This document shows positions 8,355-16,370 of a stretch of 32,917 nucleotides of DNA, in pieces. Below the pieces are notes generated by a model. The model searched no databases. It was not told where the DNA came from and was given only the letters and a program-made list of their open reading frames with translations. Positions within the stretch are counted from its first letter, which is position 1, and each line of letters starts with the position of its first letter. The DNA is from Thermoanaerobaculia bacterium (GTDB lineage Bacteria; Bacteroidota; Bacteroidia; Chitinophagales; Saprospiraceae), in contig JAKLJF010000001.1 of NCBI GenBank assembly GCA_023151335.1, forward strand, positions 1 to 32,917. Direction: 5' to 3'. The translations under genes were made by a program, and so were the position numbers.

Positions 8355-10964
8355 ATGGCAAGACTACTGCCCGTATTGTTGTTTTTTCTCACTGCCTCTG
8401 CCCTTCAGGCGCAGTATCTGGAGACTTTCACCGGACAAAACGGCAAAGGGCTGGTGGATGCGATTTGCCCGGTGGGCACCACCAACATCTCCAATTGTGG
8501 CAGTATTTGCACCGCCAATGCCACCGACAATACCTCTACCTGCACCACGGTACCGCCGGGTTTTGCAGGGGTAAGCTGGTCTTTGGTAAAAGCGCCTGCC
8601 ACCACCTATTTCACCGATCCGGGCGGTTTCGGTTTTGAATTTGACAGCCCCGATGATTTTGGCGTGGTCAGCGACAAACTGCAGGTGGACGACCCGGACC
8701 AGGAAATATGCTGGGTGAGTCCGACGCTCAATATCGCCGCCGCGGGCGCCGTCTCCATATCCGTGGATGTTTCGCAAACCGGCGGATTGGAATCAAGCGA
8801 TTTTGTCAAAGGTGAATACAGTCTCAACGGCGGCGCATTTGTGCAATTCGGCAATCAAACCGGCGCTTTTGCTGCCACTCAACTTACGGTTTCCGGACTT
8901 ACTGGCACTACCCTGGTGATCCGGGTCTGTGCGATGACCAGCAGCGGCGGCGAACAGATATTTATTGATAACATCAGCGTCCCACAGACCGGTGTCACCG
9001 TCATTTGCAATCCGCCCGCATGCAGTGTCACCGGTCCGGATTATGTTTGCAATAACGCTGCCGGCAACACCTATTTCGCCCCGCCCGGCATGAACGCCTA
9101 CAGCTGGAGTATCAGCGGCGCCGGCTGGATACCGGGCTCCACCACGGGGCAGTCGGTATCGGTAACAAGCGGTAATTATGTGGGAAGCTATACCGTTTCG
9201 GTGACTTTGACCGACGTCAACGGCTGCACCAGCACCTGCTCCAAACAAAGTGATATTTTTCTATTCACGCCTCCCGCCGATATCACGGTCAATCCCAATC
9301 CGGCCTGCTTTGGCGTCACCCTCGATCTGTCGATTGCCGCCGCTTCCAGCAGCACGGTTTCCTGGTCGGGCGAAGGCGTCAACAGCACCAAAGGCACTTT
9401 TATATCCGATGGTTTTGGTGGTTTTTACAACGTAACGACCGCCGAGCCCACGACTACCGGCCCGCACACCTATACCGTGACGGTGTACGCTGAGAACACC
9501 TGCTCCAATACCGGCACGGCTACCGTTCAGGTGAACCCAACTCCACAGGTGGACGACGTTTCGGATATGACCTATTGCGCCGGCGCAAACGTTCCGGCCA
9601 TCGTGTTCACCAGCGATATACCGGGCGCTACGTTTGCCTGGTCGCGCACGGCGCCCAGTCCCGATATCGGATTGGCGACCACTTCTGGCACTGGCAACGT
9701 TCCGGCCTTCACGGCCAACCCCAACCTGACGGCGCCGGCAACCGCGACCTTCAGCGTGGTGGCCTCGTACACCAGCAACGGTCAAACCTGTACGGGTACG
9801 CCCAAACAATTTACCGTGACCATACTTCCTGTACCAGGGGTGAATGCCGTTGCGAACCAAACCCATTGTGCCGGCTCAGATGTTCCCCCGGTAGTGTTTA
9901 CAAGCAATGTGCCGGGCGCATCATTTGCCTGGTCGCGCACAGTGTCGAATCCCGATATCGGGCTGGGGCCCAATTCAGGCAACGGCAACGTTCCCTCGTT
10001 CACGGCCAATCCCAACCTGACGGCGCCGGCAACCGCGACCTTCAGCGTGGTGGCTTCCTACACCCAAAACGGCGTGACCTGTACGGGTACGCCCATACAG
10101 TTTACCATGACCGTAAACCCGGCACCGGCGGTAAATGCCGTTCCCGATATGACCTATTGCGACGGCGACAATGTGCCGTCAGTGGTGTTTACGAGTAATG
10201 TGCCGGGCGCGACGTTTGACTGGTCGCGTACCGTGCCGAGTCCCGACATCGGGCTGGCGCCCAATGCTGGCACCGGCAGTGTTCCCGCCTTTACCGCGAG
10301 CAATACCGGCATGGCCCCGACCACCAGCACCTTCAGTGTGGTTGCTTCCTACACCAATAATGGCAAGACCTGCACCGGTACGCCGATCCAGTTCATGATG
10401 TCCATAGCCCCCGATATTCCGGTCGATATCACCTACAGCTCTTCCTACTGCATAAAGGATACCGGCCCGGTTATCGGTCTGAGTTCCACGCTCAATGGCG
10501 CTACTTACCAGTTACAGGACAACGGCGGCAACGACATCGGCGCCCCCCGGACGGGATCCGGCGGGCCGCTCTCGTTCGGTTCCTATCCGAACGGGACGTA
10601 TAAAGTAGTCGCTACCAGGGGCAATTGTACAGGCGAGGCTACTGTGACAGTCAATGCCACGGTATTCGCCTGCACCATCAATGTGTCCAAACCTTGCACC
10701 ACCTGCGGCGAATCCGATGGCTACATTCCCGTTACCGTGAAGATCGGTGCGCCGGCAGGGCAAAACTGGACGGTAAAAGCCGTGATCGGATTGTACACGG
10801 CCGCACATCCGCATTCGCCGATTCCCGGCGGTACGCCCCTGCAGTATGCCGGCGGAAATATGTACACGCTGGATGCCGCCCGGTCGGCGACCAAGGGCTA
10901 TTGGGTGCGGGTGACGAACGGTACCACCGACCTGGATATTATGGTGGGCAACGCGTCGTGGTGA
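8355..10964 (+). CDS. secreted repeat protein: N-terminal CBM/MAM-like module, Ig-like module, three PKD-like repeats and an unknown C-terminal region; no T9SS CTD seen
   Basis: The start was moved to the ATG at 8355, giving the signal peptide MARLLPVLLFFLTASALQAQ. There are three 97-aa repeats of the form YC.G..VP.VVFTS.VPGA.F.WSRT...PDIGL......G.VP.FTA.......T.TFSVVASYT.NG.TCTGTP.QF. Confidence 0.8.
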   Translation: MARLLPVLLFFLTASALQAQYLETFTGQNGKGLVDAICPVGTTNISNCGSICTANATDNTSTCTTVPPGFAGVSWSLVKAPATTYFTDPGGFGFEFDSPDDFGVVSDKLQVDDPDQEICWVSPTLNIAAAGAVSISVDVSQTGGLESSDFVKGEYSLNGGAFVQFGNQTGAFAATQLTVSGLTGTTLVIRVCAMTSSGGEQIFIDNISVPQTGVTVICNPPACSVTGPDYVCNNAAGNTYFAPPGMNAYSWSISGAGWIPGSTTGQSVSVTSGNYVGSYTVSVTLTDVNGCTSTCSKQSDIFLFTPPADITVNPNPACFGVTLDLSIAAASSSTVSWSGEGVNSTKGTFISDGFGGFYNVTTAEPTTTGPHTYTVTVYAENTCSNTGTATVQVNPTPQVDDVSDMTYCAGANVPAIVFTSDIPGATFAWSRTAPSPDIGLATTSGTGNVPAFTANPNLTAPATATFSVVASYTSNGQTCTGTPKQFTVTILPVPGVNAVANQTHCAGSDVPPVVFTSNVPGASFAWSRTVSNPDIGLGPNSGNGNVPSFTANPNLTAPATATFSVVASYTQNGVTCTGTPIQFTMTVNPAPAVNAVPDMTYCDGDNVPSVVFTSNVPGATFDWSRTVPSPDIGLAPNAGTGSVPAFTASNTGMAPTTSTFSVVASYTNNGKTCTGTPIQFMMSIAPDIPVDITYSSSYCIKDTGPVIGLSSTLNGATYQLQDNGGNDIGAPRTGSGGPLSFGSYPNGTYKVVATRGNCTGEATVTVNATVFACTINVSKPCTTCGESDGYIPVTVKIGAPAGQNWTVKAVIGLYTAAHPHSPIPGGTPLQYAGGNMYTLDAARSATKGYWVRVTNGTTDLDIMVGNASW
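9546..10418 (+). repeat. three tandem 291-nt coding repeats (PKD-like domain units)
   Basis: The landmark GCCTGGTCGCGCAC / GACTGGTCGCG recurs at 9636, 9927 and 10218, a period of 291 nt. Units 1 and 2 share an identical run of about 40 nt (CCAACCTGACGGCGCCGGCAACCGCGACCTTCAGCGTGGTGGC). Confidence 0.85.
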
Positions 10965-10998
10965 GCGGATGCTTCGCATCCCGGTCATTTGCATAAGT

Positions 10999-11036
10999 AA
11001 AAACTGCCGCGCCTGGCATTACGCCAAAACGCGGCA
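10999..11036 (-). terminator. probable Rho-independent terminator of the peroxiredoxin gene
   Basis: The minus strand reads TGCCGCG-(18 nt loop)-CGCGGCA followed by GTTTTTAC, about 30 nt downstream of the stop at 11067. Confidence 0.45.
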
Positions 11037-11066
11037 ACAACAGCAGAGCGATTAAAGTGCGATCTC

Positions 11067-11702
11067 TTACAGATTGGGTTGGGGGGTTATCCGCAAATAC
11101 GGTTTGATCCGTTTGTAGCCCCTGGGAAACATTTCGGGTATTTTTTCATCGGGGACGGATGGCAGGATCACCACATCCTGGCCTTGTTCCCAATCGGCGG
11201 GAGTGGCCACATGGTGATATGTGGTCAGTTGCAGAGAGTCAATCACCCGCAGGATTTCGTAAAAGTTGCGGCCCGTGGAGGGCGGGTACGTCATGGTAAG
11301 CCGGATCTTTTTGTTCGGATCCACAATGAATACCGTGCGTACGGTGGCCTTTTCCGAAGCGTTGGGGTGAATCATGTCGTACAAAGTCGCCACGTGGCGG
11401 TCTTCGTCGGCAATGACGGGGAAATGGAGCAATACGTTTTGGGTTTCTTCAATGTCTTCAATCCATTCGTGGTGCAGCGGCAGGGGGTCGACGCTCAGGG
11501 CAAGCACTTTTACGTTGCGTTTGTCAAATTCGGCTTTCAGTGCGGCAGTCCGTCCCAACTCCGTGGTGCAAACGGGGGTAAAATCGGCGGGATGCGAGTA
11601 CAGCACGCCCCAACTGTCGCCGAGGAATTCGTAAAAATCGAGCGTGCCTTTGGTGCTTTGCGCCTGAAAATTCGGAGCGCTGTCTCCTAATCGTAAAGTC
11701 AT
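11067..11702 (-). CDS. 1-Cys peroxiredoxin (Prx6 subfamily)
   Basis: 211 aa. LGDSAPNF.A.ST.G...F.E.LGDSWGVLYSHPADFTPVCTTELG with the peroxidatic Cys in the PVCTTE motif. The length and C-terminal extension are typical of the 1-Cys class. Confidence 0.9.
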   Translation of the reverse strand: MTLRLGDSAPNFQAQSTKGTLDFYEFLGDSWGVLYSHPADFTPVCTTELGRTAALKAEFDKRNVKVLALSVDPLPLHHEWIEDIEETQNVLLHFPVIADEDRHVATLYDMIHPNASEKATVRTVFIVDPNKKIRLTMTYPPSTGRNFYEILRVIDSLQLTTYHHVATPADWEQGQDVVILPSVPDEKIPEMFPRGYKRIKPYLRITPQPNL

Positions 11703-11731
11703 GGCTGGTTTGAATTTTAATGAATGAAATA

Positions 11732-12733
11732 TTATTCGATGCTTCTTTTGTAAAAAGTCAGTCCGAAAGGGTTTGTGCCTGCCGAAACGGTCGTTCCGTT
11801 TGTCAACACGCCGTTAGCCACGTCGTATACCGCCACGCTGTTGGAAGCGGCGCCTGAATGGGTGAGGAACAGTTTTTTGCCGGATTCATTCAGCACGATG
11901 TTGTGCGGAGTGGCCAGCAGTGCCGGCAACGGCGCGCCGCTGACGCTCAGGGTGGCGGTATTGACGGTAAACAATTGGCCGCCAGGGAGATTTGAGATGA
12001 AGAGATACTTGCCGTCGGGCGATACGTTCACGCCATGGGCGCCGGGCAGCGATATGTTTTTCACCTCATCCAGGTTAGCGCCGTTCAGGACGAACAGGTT
12101 GCCCGACTGGCAAGGCACATACAGCCGGTTGCCTTTTGCCTGGTGAAACAGGTGCGGGTCTTTCCCCACCGCCCGGGCAGCGAGTTTTTTATAGGTGGCG
12201 GTAGAAAAGAGGAAAACGCTGTCGGGACTGTCGTTGCCCGTAAAAACGGACACAAAAGCGCGGGAGCCGTCGTCGGTCACAAATACGTCGTGCGGTTTGG
12301 TGCTCAGCGGAATGGTGGCGGCCACGGCGCCGGCGTTAAGGTCAATCACCGACAGGGATTTGTCCAGGTCGTTGGCCACCCACAGTTGGCGGCCTTTGCC
12401 GTCGGCCCACATGTGCCAGACGCCTTTGCCGACGTCTATGGAACTTTCTACCTGGCGGGTGGCGGGGTCGATCACGTGCACTTTACTTTGGGCCCGGTCG
12501 CCGACGTACAGGCGGTCCTTCTCCCCGGCGTACACGGCATACATCGGTTCGGAACCGGGAATGGTTTGGGTATGAACCACCTGATTACTTTGGGCATCGA
12601 TGTAGCTGATGGAGGAGCCGCCCCGGTTGGCGATCACAACAATTTCCTCGGCGGCGTTTTTGTCCTTTTTACACCCGGACAGGATGACCAGGAATAAAAC
12701 GAGGACACGAAAAAGAATGCTTAATTGGTGCAT
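11732..12733 (-). CDS. YVTN/YncE-like beta-propeller repeat lipoprotein
   Basis: The start was moved to the ATG at 12733, giving MHQLSILFRVLVLFLVILSGCKKD (lipobox LSGC). There are repeated ~40-aa blades of the form ...V.VID........I.VG..PH.... Confidence 0.7.
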   Translation of the reverse strand: MHQLSILFRVLVLFLVILSGCKKDKNAAEEIVVIANRGGSSISYIDAQSNQVVHTQTIPGSEPMYAVYAGEKDRLYVGDRAQSKVHVIDPATRQVESSIDVGKGVWHMWADGKGRQLWVANDLDKSLSVIDLNAGAVAATIPLSTKPHDVFVTDDGSRAFVSVFTGNDSPDSVFLFSTATYKKLAARAVGKDPHLFHQAKGNRLYVPCQSGNLFVLNGANLDEVKNISLPGAHGVNVSPDGKYLFISNLPGGQLFTVNTATLSVSGAPLPALLATPHNIVLNESGKKLFLTHSGAASNSVAVYDVANGVLTNGTTVSAGTNPFGLTFYKRSIE

Positions 12734-12824
12734 GATGTTAATGTATTTAGCTGTTAGGAAATGACAAGACATAGCGCCGCCCTGCCAGACTGCCTGCAGA
12801 TGCAGGCAACTGGCGCTATTGCGC

Positions 12825-12867
12825 AAAAAGACGCCGGGAAAGCCCCTGTTCAGGCCTGGCGTTTTTT
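12825..12867 (-). terminator. hairpin flanked by an A-run and a T-run (looks like a bidirectional intrinsic terminator)
   Basis: AAAAAG-ACGCCGGG-(16 nt)-CCTGGCGT-TTTTTT. There is one G.T / C.A mismatch in the 8-bp stem. On the minus strand it follows the kinase-regulator operon and the untranslated stretch downstream of it. Confidence 0.45.
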
Positions 12868-12995
12868 ACGCGGGTTATCGGTGGAATGACGATGGATACG
12901 GGCGGTTAAGGCGAGACGGGTTTTGATATGGGATTTAAGTAAAGGCAGCATGTTTTCATAGATTTTTGAATTTCATAAGACACTGCAGGGAGTGC

Positions 12996-13025
12996 GTTTA
13001 CGAAACTTTTGAAAGTTGCGTAAAC
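12996..13025. promoter_or_regulatory. 30-bp near-perfect palindrome (possible operator or RNA hairpin)
   Basis: GTTTACGAAACTTT TG AAAGTTGCGTAAAC: 14-nt arms with one mismatch, in the non-coding stretch downstream of the response-regulator gene. Confidence 0.35.
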
Positions 13026-13096
13026 AGCGCTACTGCTACCCTGATGTGGATACAAAGATGAGGGAGGCGTTGTTTGCCGCGCTTCGGGGGATACTT

Positions 13097-13121
13097 TGAA
13101 AAAAGAAATTGGCGGTTTTCC
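13097..13121. repeat. copy 1 of a 24/25-nt direct repeat bracketing the two-component operon
   Basis: TGAAAAAAGAAATTGGCGGTTTTCC, immediately downstream of the regulator stop codon (13123-13125). Copy 2 is at 15606-15629 and differs by one inserted or deleted base. Confidence 0.7.
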
Positions 13122-13122
13122 A

Positions 13123-13542
13123 CTATACCAGGCCGAACTTGATCGCATTCTTTACCAGCCCCACCACGTTTTTTGCGTCGAGTTTGGCAAAGAGCTTCAA
13201 CCGGTGGGTTTCCACCGTACTGACCGAAAGGAAAAGTCGCTCGGCGATTTCCTGGGTAGTACATTCTTCCATGATCAGGTCGAGGACTTCTTTTTCGCGC
13301 CGGGTGAGTTTGGGCACGAAACCGGTTTTGGCGGAAGCCTGTTTGGTGGCTTTGCTGATCAGTTTTTCGCTGACTTCTTCCGAGAGGTACCGTTTTCCGG
13401 CGTACACGGCCGCCAGCCATTCCAGCGCCTCTTCGCCCCGGTAAGCGTATCCTGCCAGTTGAATGTCCGCGTGGCTGCCAACGGCTTGTTTGACGCCGGT
13501 GATAACCACCGGATGATCATCGATGATAAACAAGCGTATCAT
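13123..13542 (-). CDS. NarL/LuxR-family response regulator with an internally deleted receiver domain
   Basis: 139 aa. The N-terminus MIRLFIIDDHPVVITGVKQAVGSHADIQLAGYAYRGEEALEWL (beta1-alpha1-beta2-alpha2 of REC, acidic DD pair present) joins directly to AAVYAGKRYLSEEVSEKLI (end of alpha5/linker), followed by an intact LuxR HTH (LTRREKEVLDLI...TQEIAERLFLSVSTVETHR). Confidence 0.75.
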   Translation of the reverse strand: MIRLFIIDDHPVVITGVKQAVGSHADIQLAGYAYRGEEALEWLAAVYAGKRYLSEEVSEKLISKATKQASAKTGFVPKLTRREKEVLDLIMEECTTQEIAERLFLSVSTVETHRLKLFAKLDAKNVVGLVKNAIKFGLV

Positions 13543-15487
13543 GTTCTTTTGGAACAGGTATGGTGATGTTGACGGTTGTTCCGGCGCCGGGCGTACTGTC
13601 GAATTCTATATTGCCATTTAAAAAATCGACCCTGGATTGCAGGTTTTTCAGTCCGCTTCCCCCATTGGCCAGGGCTTTTTCCAGTTGAAAACCCCTGCCA
13701 TTGTCTTCTATGGTGAGGTGCAGGGCGTCGTCCTGCCGGATGAGTTGAAGGATTACTTCGGTAGCCCCGGCGTGTTTAACGACATTGTTCAACAGTTCCT
13801 GCGTGATGCGGTACAACGGCAGTGCCATACTTCGGGGCAGGGGCTCGCGCAGGCCGTAATGTTGAAACGTCGTTTGCAGGCCGGTAAGGCTTTCCAGGTC
13901 GGCGCACAGGTCTTCCAGCGCGGCCAGGAGGCCGAATTTGGCCAGGGCTTCCGGCATCATGTTTTGAGCGATACGGCGCAGCTCGGCGCTGGCCTTGTCC
14001 ACCATTTTTACGGTGTCCTGCAAATCCGCTTCGCTGATACAAAGTTTGCGGTTGGTCAGCGTAAGTTTCAGACCCGACAGCATGCCGCCCAGGCCATCGT
14101 GCAGTTCTTTGGCCAGTCGGTTTCGCTCGGCTTCCTCGCCGGCAACCATGGATTTGAGCGCCAGGTAGCTTTGTTCGCGGTGCAGGCGTTCGATTTTTTG
14201 TTGGGCGATTTCGGCTTCCTGCTCGCGCATTTTATCGGCCAGTTTTATCCGGTAACGCTGCCGGAGCGCCACGGTAAGTCCCAATAGCCCGACCAAAACA
14301 AAACCGCCAAACAACAGGTTGCGTTGGTTGGTATGTTCGGCCAGTTCCGCCTTGGATACCTGAAGCAGCCGTTCTTTTTCGGCAGTTTCGTATTTGACGT
14401 TGATTTCCCGGACTTTTTCCTCCACCTGAATATTGTACACGGAGTCGTGGAACAGGATGTGATATTTCGCCACTTCATACGCACGTTTGTAATCCTTCAT
14501 GGACTCGAGCATGGGGTGGTAGGCTATTGCCACATTGTACAGCAAATCCGTTTGCCCCGAGTTGCGGGCTTGTTCCATCACGTCTTCATAGACCGGTTTT
14601 GCTTTCCGGTACAGTTTCCGGTCTTGCAGAAAATTGGCATATCCCTGCAAAAAGCCCGTGCGGTGATACGCGTCGATACTTTCGTCGTTTTTTATTTTCA
14701 GGTAGTACCGGTTGGCGGCCTCCCAGTTGCCCTGTGCCGTTTCCCAGAGTGCCAGGCTGTAATAGCTGCAGGCCATGAGCTGACGGTTATGCTGCATTTC
14801 CCGCAAGGTTCGTTCGGCCAGCATACGCGCCGAATCGAGCATGGAAGATTCGATATAACCCATGGCCAGGCTCATACCGGTAACCGTGGAGATGAGATGG
14901 TCTTTGTACTTTTGGGCGATGTCGTAGGCCAGGCGTGAAAATGTTCTCCTTTTTTGCTGGTCGCCCATTTGGCCGGCGATATAGGCCAGATCCATATAGG
15001 GCAATGCCTTTAACGAATCCAGACCCGCCTGATCGGCCAATTCAATGGCTTTGTACAAATAGGGCGCCGCCTTGTCCGGCGTCATTTTCCGGATCAGTGC
15101 CGCGCCCATCGTCTTGTGCGCCGCCGAGGCGCCGGCCAGGTGTTTGATGTTTAAAAATATCCGGGCCGAGGCTTCCGCGTAGGTAAAGCAGGAATCGAAT
15201 TTGTTTTTCGCCCAACAAACATTTGCCAGCAGGCTCAGGCGATGCCCTTCCAGTAAGGGTTGGCCGGCGCTGTATTTTTCCATGTTGCGCAGGATGAGCA
15301 GCGCGGACTCCGGCTTTTTGCCTTTCAGCAGGCGGCGCGCCTCGCCGAGCCAGCAGTTCATACTTTCGTGTTTGGCGGATAAAGGCCCGCAAGGAGGGTT
15401 GTTTTGTTGTGCGCCGCCCCAAACCGCGACGCAACAGGTCAGCAAAAGCGGCAACAGGGCCGCACGAATGTTGGCGCTGATTTGCAT
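13517..15487 (-). CDS. TPR-repeat sensor histidine kinase (HisKA_3 / NarX-LiaS type)
   Basis: The start was moved to the ATG at 15487, giving MQISANIRAALLPLLLTCCVAVWGGAQ (signal/TM). This is followed by a long TPR-like region, a TM segment (LLFGGFVLVGLLGLTVAL) and a coiled coil. The H-box is ERNRLAKELHDGLGGMLSGL. HATPase motifs are ELLNNVVKHA, IEDNGRGF and GSGLKNL. It overlaps the regulator start by 26 nt. Confidence 0.85.
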   Translation of the reverse strand: MQISANIRAALLPLLLTCCVAVWGGAQQNNPPCGPLSAKHESMNCWLGEARRLLKGKKPESALLILRNMEKYSAGQPLLEGHRLSLLANVCWAKNKFDSCFTYAEASARIFLNIKHLAGASAAHKTMGAALIRKMTPDKAAPYLYKAIELADQAGLDSLKALPYMDLAYIAGQMGDQQKRRTFSRLAYDIAQKYKDHLISTVTGMSLAMGYIESSMLDSARMLAERTLREMQHNRQLMACSYYSLALWETAQGNWEAANRYYLKIKNDESIDAYHRTGFLQGYANFLQDRKLYRKAKPVYEDVMEQARNSGQTDLLYNVAIAYHPMLESMKDYKRAYEVAKYHILFHDSVYNIQVEEKVREINVKYETAEKERLLQVSKAELAEHTNQRNLLFGGFVLVGLLGLTVALRQRYRIKLADKMREQEAEIAQQKIERLHREQSYLALKSMVAGEEAERNRLAKELHDGLGGMLSGLKLTLTNRKLCISEADLQDTVKMVDKASAELRRIAQNMMPEALAKFGLLAALEDLCADLESLTGLQTTFQHYGLREPLPRSMALPLYRITQELLNNVVKHAGATEVILQLIRQDDALHLTIEDNGRGFQLEKALANGGSGLKNLQSRVDFLNGNIEFDSTPGAGTTVNITIPVPKEHDTLVYHR

Positions 15488-15510
15488 AGGAAAGTACCGT
15501 TGACAGGATA

Positions 15511-15518
15511 CAAAGATA
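15511..15518 (-). promoter_or_regulatory. Bacteroidota-type -7 promoter box for the kinase operon
   Basis: The minus strand reads TATCTTTG, a perfect TAnnTTTG, about 24 nt upstream of the ATG at 15487. Confidence 0.4.
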
Positions 15519-15605
15519 GGCCGTGTTTCCCCAAAACATTCAAAACGCCTGTGTGTGGAAACAAAGTTCCGGCAATTCCTGCCATCCTGCATCGGGGAAC
15601 CCTGC

Positions 15606-15629
15606 TGAAAAAAAAATTGGCGGTTTTCC
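15606..15629. repeat. copy 2 of the direct repeat bracketing the two-component operon
   Basis: TGAAAAAAAAATTGGCGGTTTTCC, about 90-115 nt upstream of the kinase -7 box. It shares a 16-nt exact core (AAATTGGCGGTTTTCC) with 13097-13121. Confidence 0.7.
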
Positions 15630-15636
15630 CCGATGC

Positions 15637-15660
15637 AAGTCGAAAGTCGTAAGTCGTAAG
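15637..15660. repeat. left part of a tandem heptanucleotide array (AAGTCGT)n split by the IS630 insertion
   Basis: Units are AAGTCGA AAGTCGT AAGTCGT AAG, then TA and the IS. Confidence 0.85.
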
Positions 15661-15671
15661 TACACTGGAAT

Positions 15672-16370
15672 CTAAGTTTTGGCATATTTTGAATTTTTGG
15701 GATTAACTTTCAAGTAATGCTTATTGAGGGTTTCCCTGGCTGTTTTCACGGAGAATTGCCAATCAATTTTAATCTTTTTGTTCGTTCGTTCATTGACAAG
15801 ATTCAAGATTTGAGTTTCGAGTTCGCTTAGGGTTGGGATTCGACGATCGAGGCATTGTTTGCTCAAAGCGGAAAATTCGATTTCGATCATGTTCAACCAA
15901 CTTGCTGAAGTTGGGGTGTAATAAAATTCAAACCGCTGAGCCAAATCGAATGCTTGCCCGGCATCAAAAACCTCGTAGAAAGCGGCTGTGGAATGCGTGT
16001 TGAGATTGTCCTGAATTACCCGAATTTTAGTTGCTTGGGGATATAATTCGGCCAATTGCTGCATGAATAAGGCGTATTCTCGTTTGGTTCGCCGCTCAAA
16101 AACCATGGCTAAACGCTGGCCCGTAAGAGGTTCAATAGATGCCAATAAGGCACAAGAACCGTTTTTCTCAAAGGCGTAGTGCTCTTTTGCAACCTGACCT
16201 TTCTGAGCAGGTAGTGGTGTTACTCGCTCGCCGATGAGAAAGCATGGTCGCTCATCAAAACAAATGAGTGGATAGGCTGAGTCGTAAGGCAAACGATAAA
16301 GGTGGAGGATTTGCTCCATTCGGGCAATGAACGTAGCATCCATCTTGCCCATACACCAAGTACGCTTCAA
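15672..16370 (-). CDS. IS630 transposase, catalytic DDE part (orfB; probably expressed as an orfA-orfB fusion by a -1 frameshift)
   Basis: Motifs: ICFDERPCFL, VIQDNLNTHS and ASWLNMIEIEFSAL (DDE-type triad). The frame opens at the TAA inside the A7 run (plus-strand T7 at 16387-16393). There is no ATG at the ORF start; the track start is a TTG. Confidence 0.8.
   Translation of the reverse strand: MKRTWCMGKMDATFIARMEQILHLYRLPYDSAYPLICFDERPCFLIGERVTPLPAQKGQVAKEHYAFEKNGSCALLASIEPLTGQRLAMVFERRTKREYALFMQQLAELYPQATKIRVIQDNLNTHSTAAFYEVFDAGQAFDLAQRFEFYYTPTSASWLNMIEIEFSALSKQCLDRRIPTLSELETQILNLVNERTNKKIKIDWQFSVKTARETLNKHYLKVNPKNSKYAKT

Noticed and set aside
9546-10418. Regularly spaced repeats that could superficially look like a CRISPR array (also 5267-5674 and 20085-22300)
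   Set aside because: Periods of 291, 102 and about 237 nt are all multiples of 3, lie inside long ORFs and translate to recognisable protein domains. There is no short-repeat/unique-spacer structure.
10967-10981. GGATGC-TTC-GCATCC hairpin right after the stop of the PKD-repeat gene as a terminator
   Set aside because: The stem is only 6 bp and no T-run follows. It is too weak to call, although it may contribute to termination in the convergent region.
12906-13420. Minus-strand ORFs 12906..13148 and 12998..13420, and plus-strand ORFs 13096..13566 and 13109..13444
   Set aside because: They overlap the response-regulator gene in other frames or strands and have no motifs. Only the non-coding features of 12825-13122 were kept, as a finding.
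15488-15685. N-terminal extensions of track ORFs: kinase to 15685, tadA to 17431, adhesin to 24128, beta-propeller to 12826, PKD protein from 8316, DUF1566 protein to 32589
   Set aside because: The extensions run through repeat elements, the IS terminal repeat or promoter boxes, and encode Cys/Arg-rich junk. In each case an internal ATG gives a canonical signal peptide or the conserved N-terminus.
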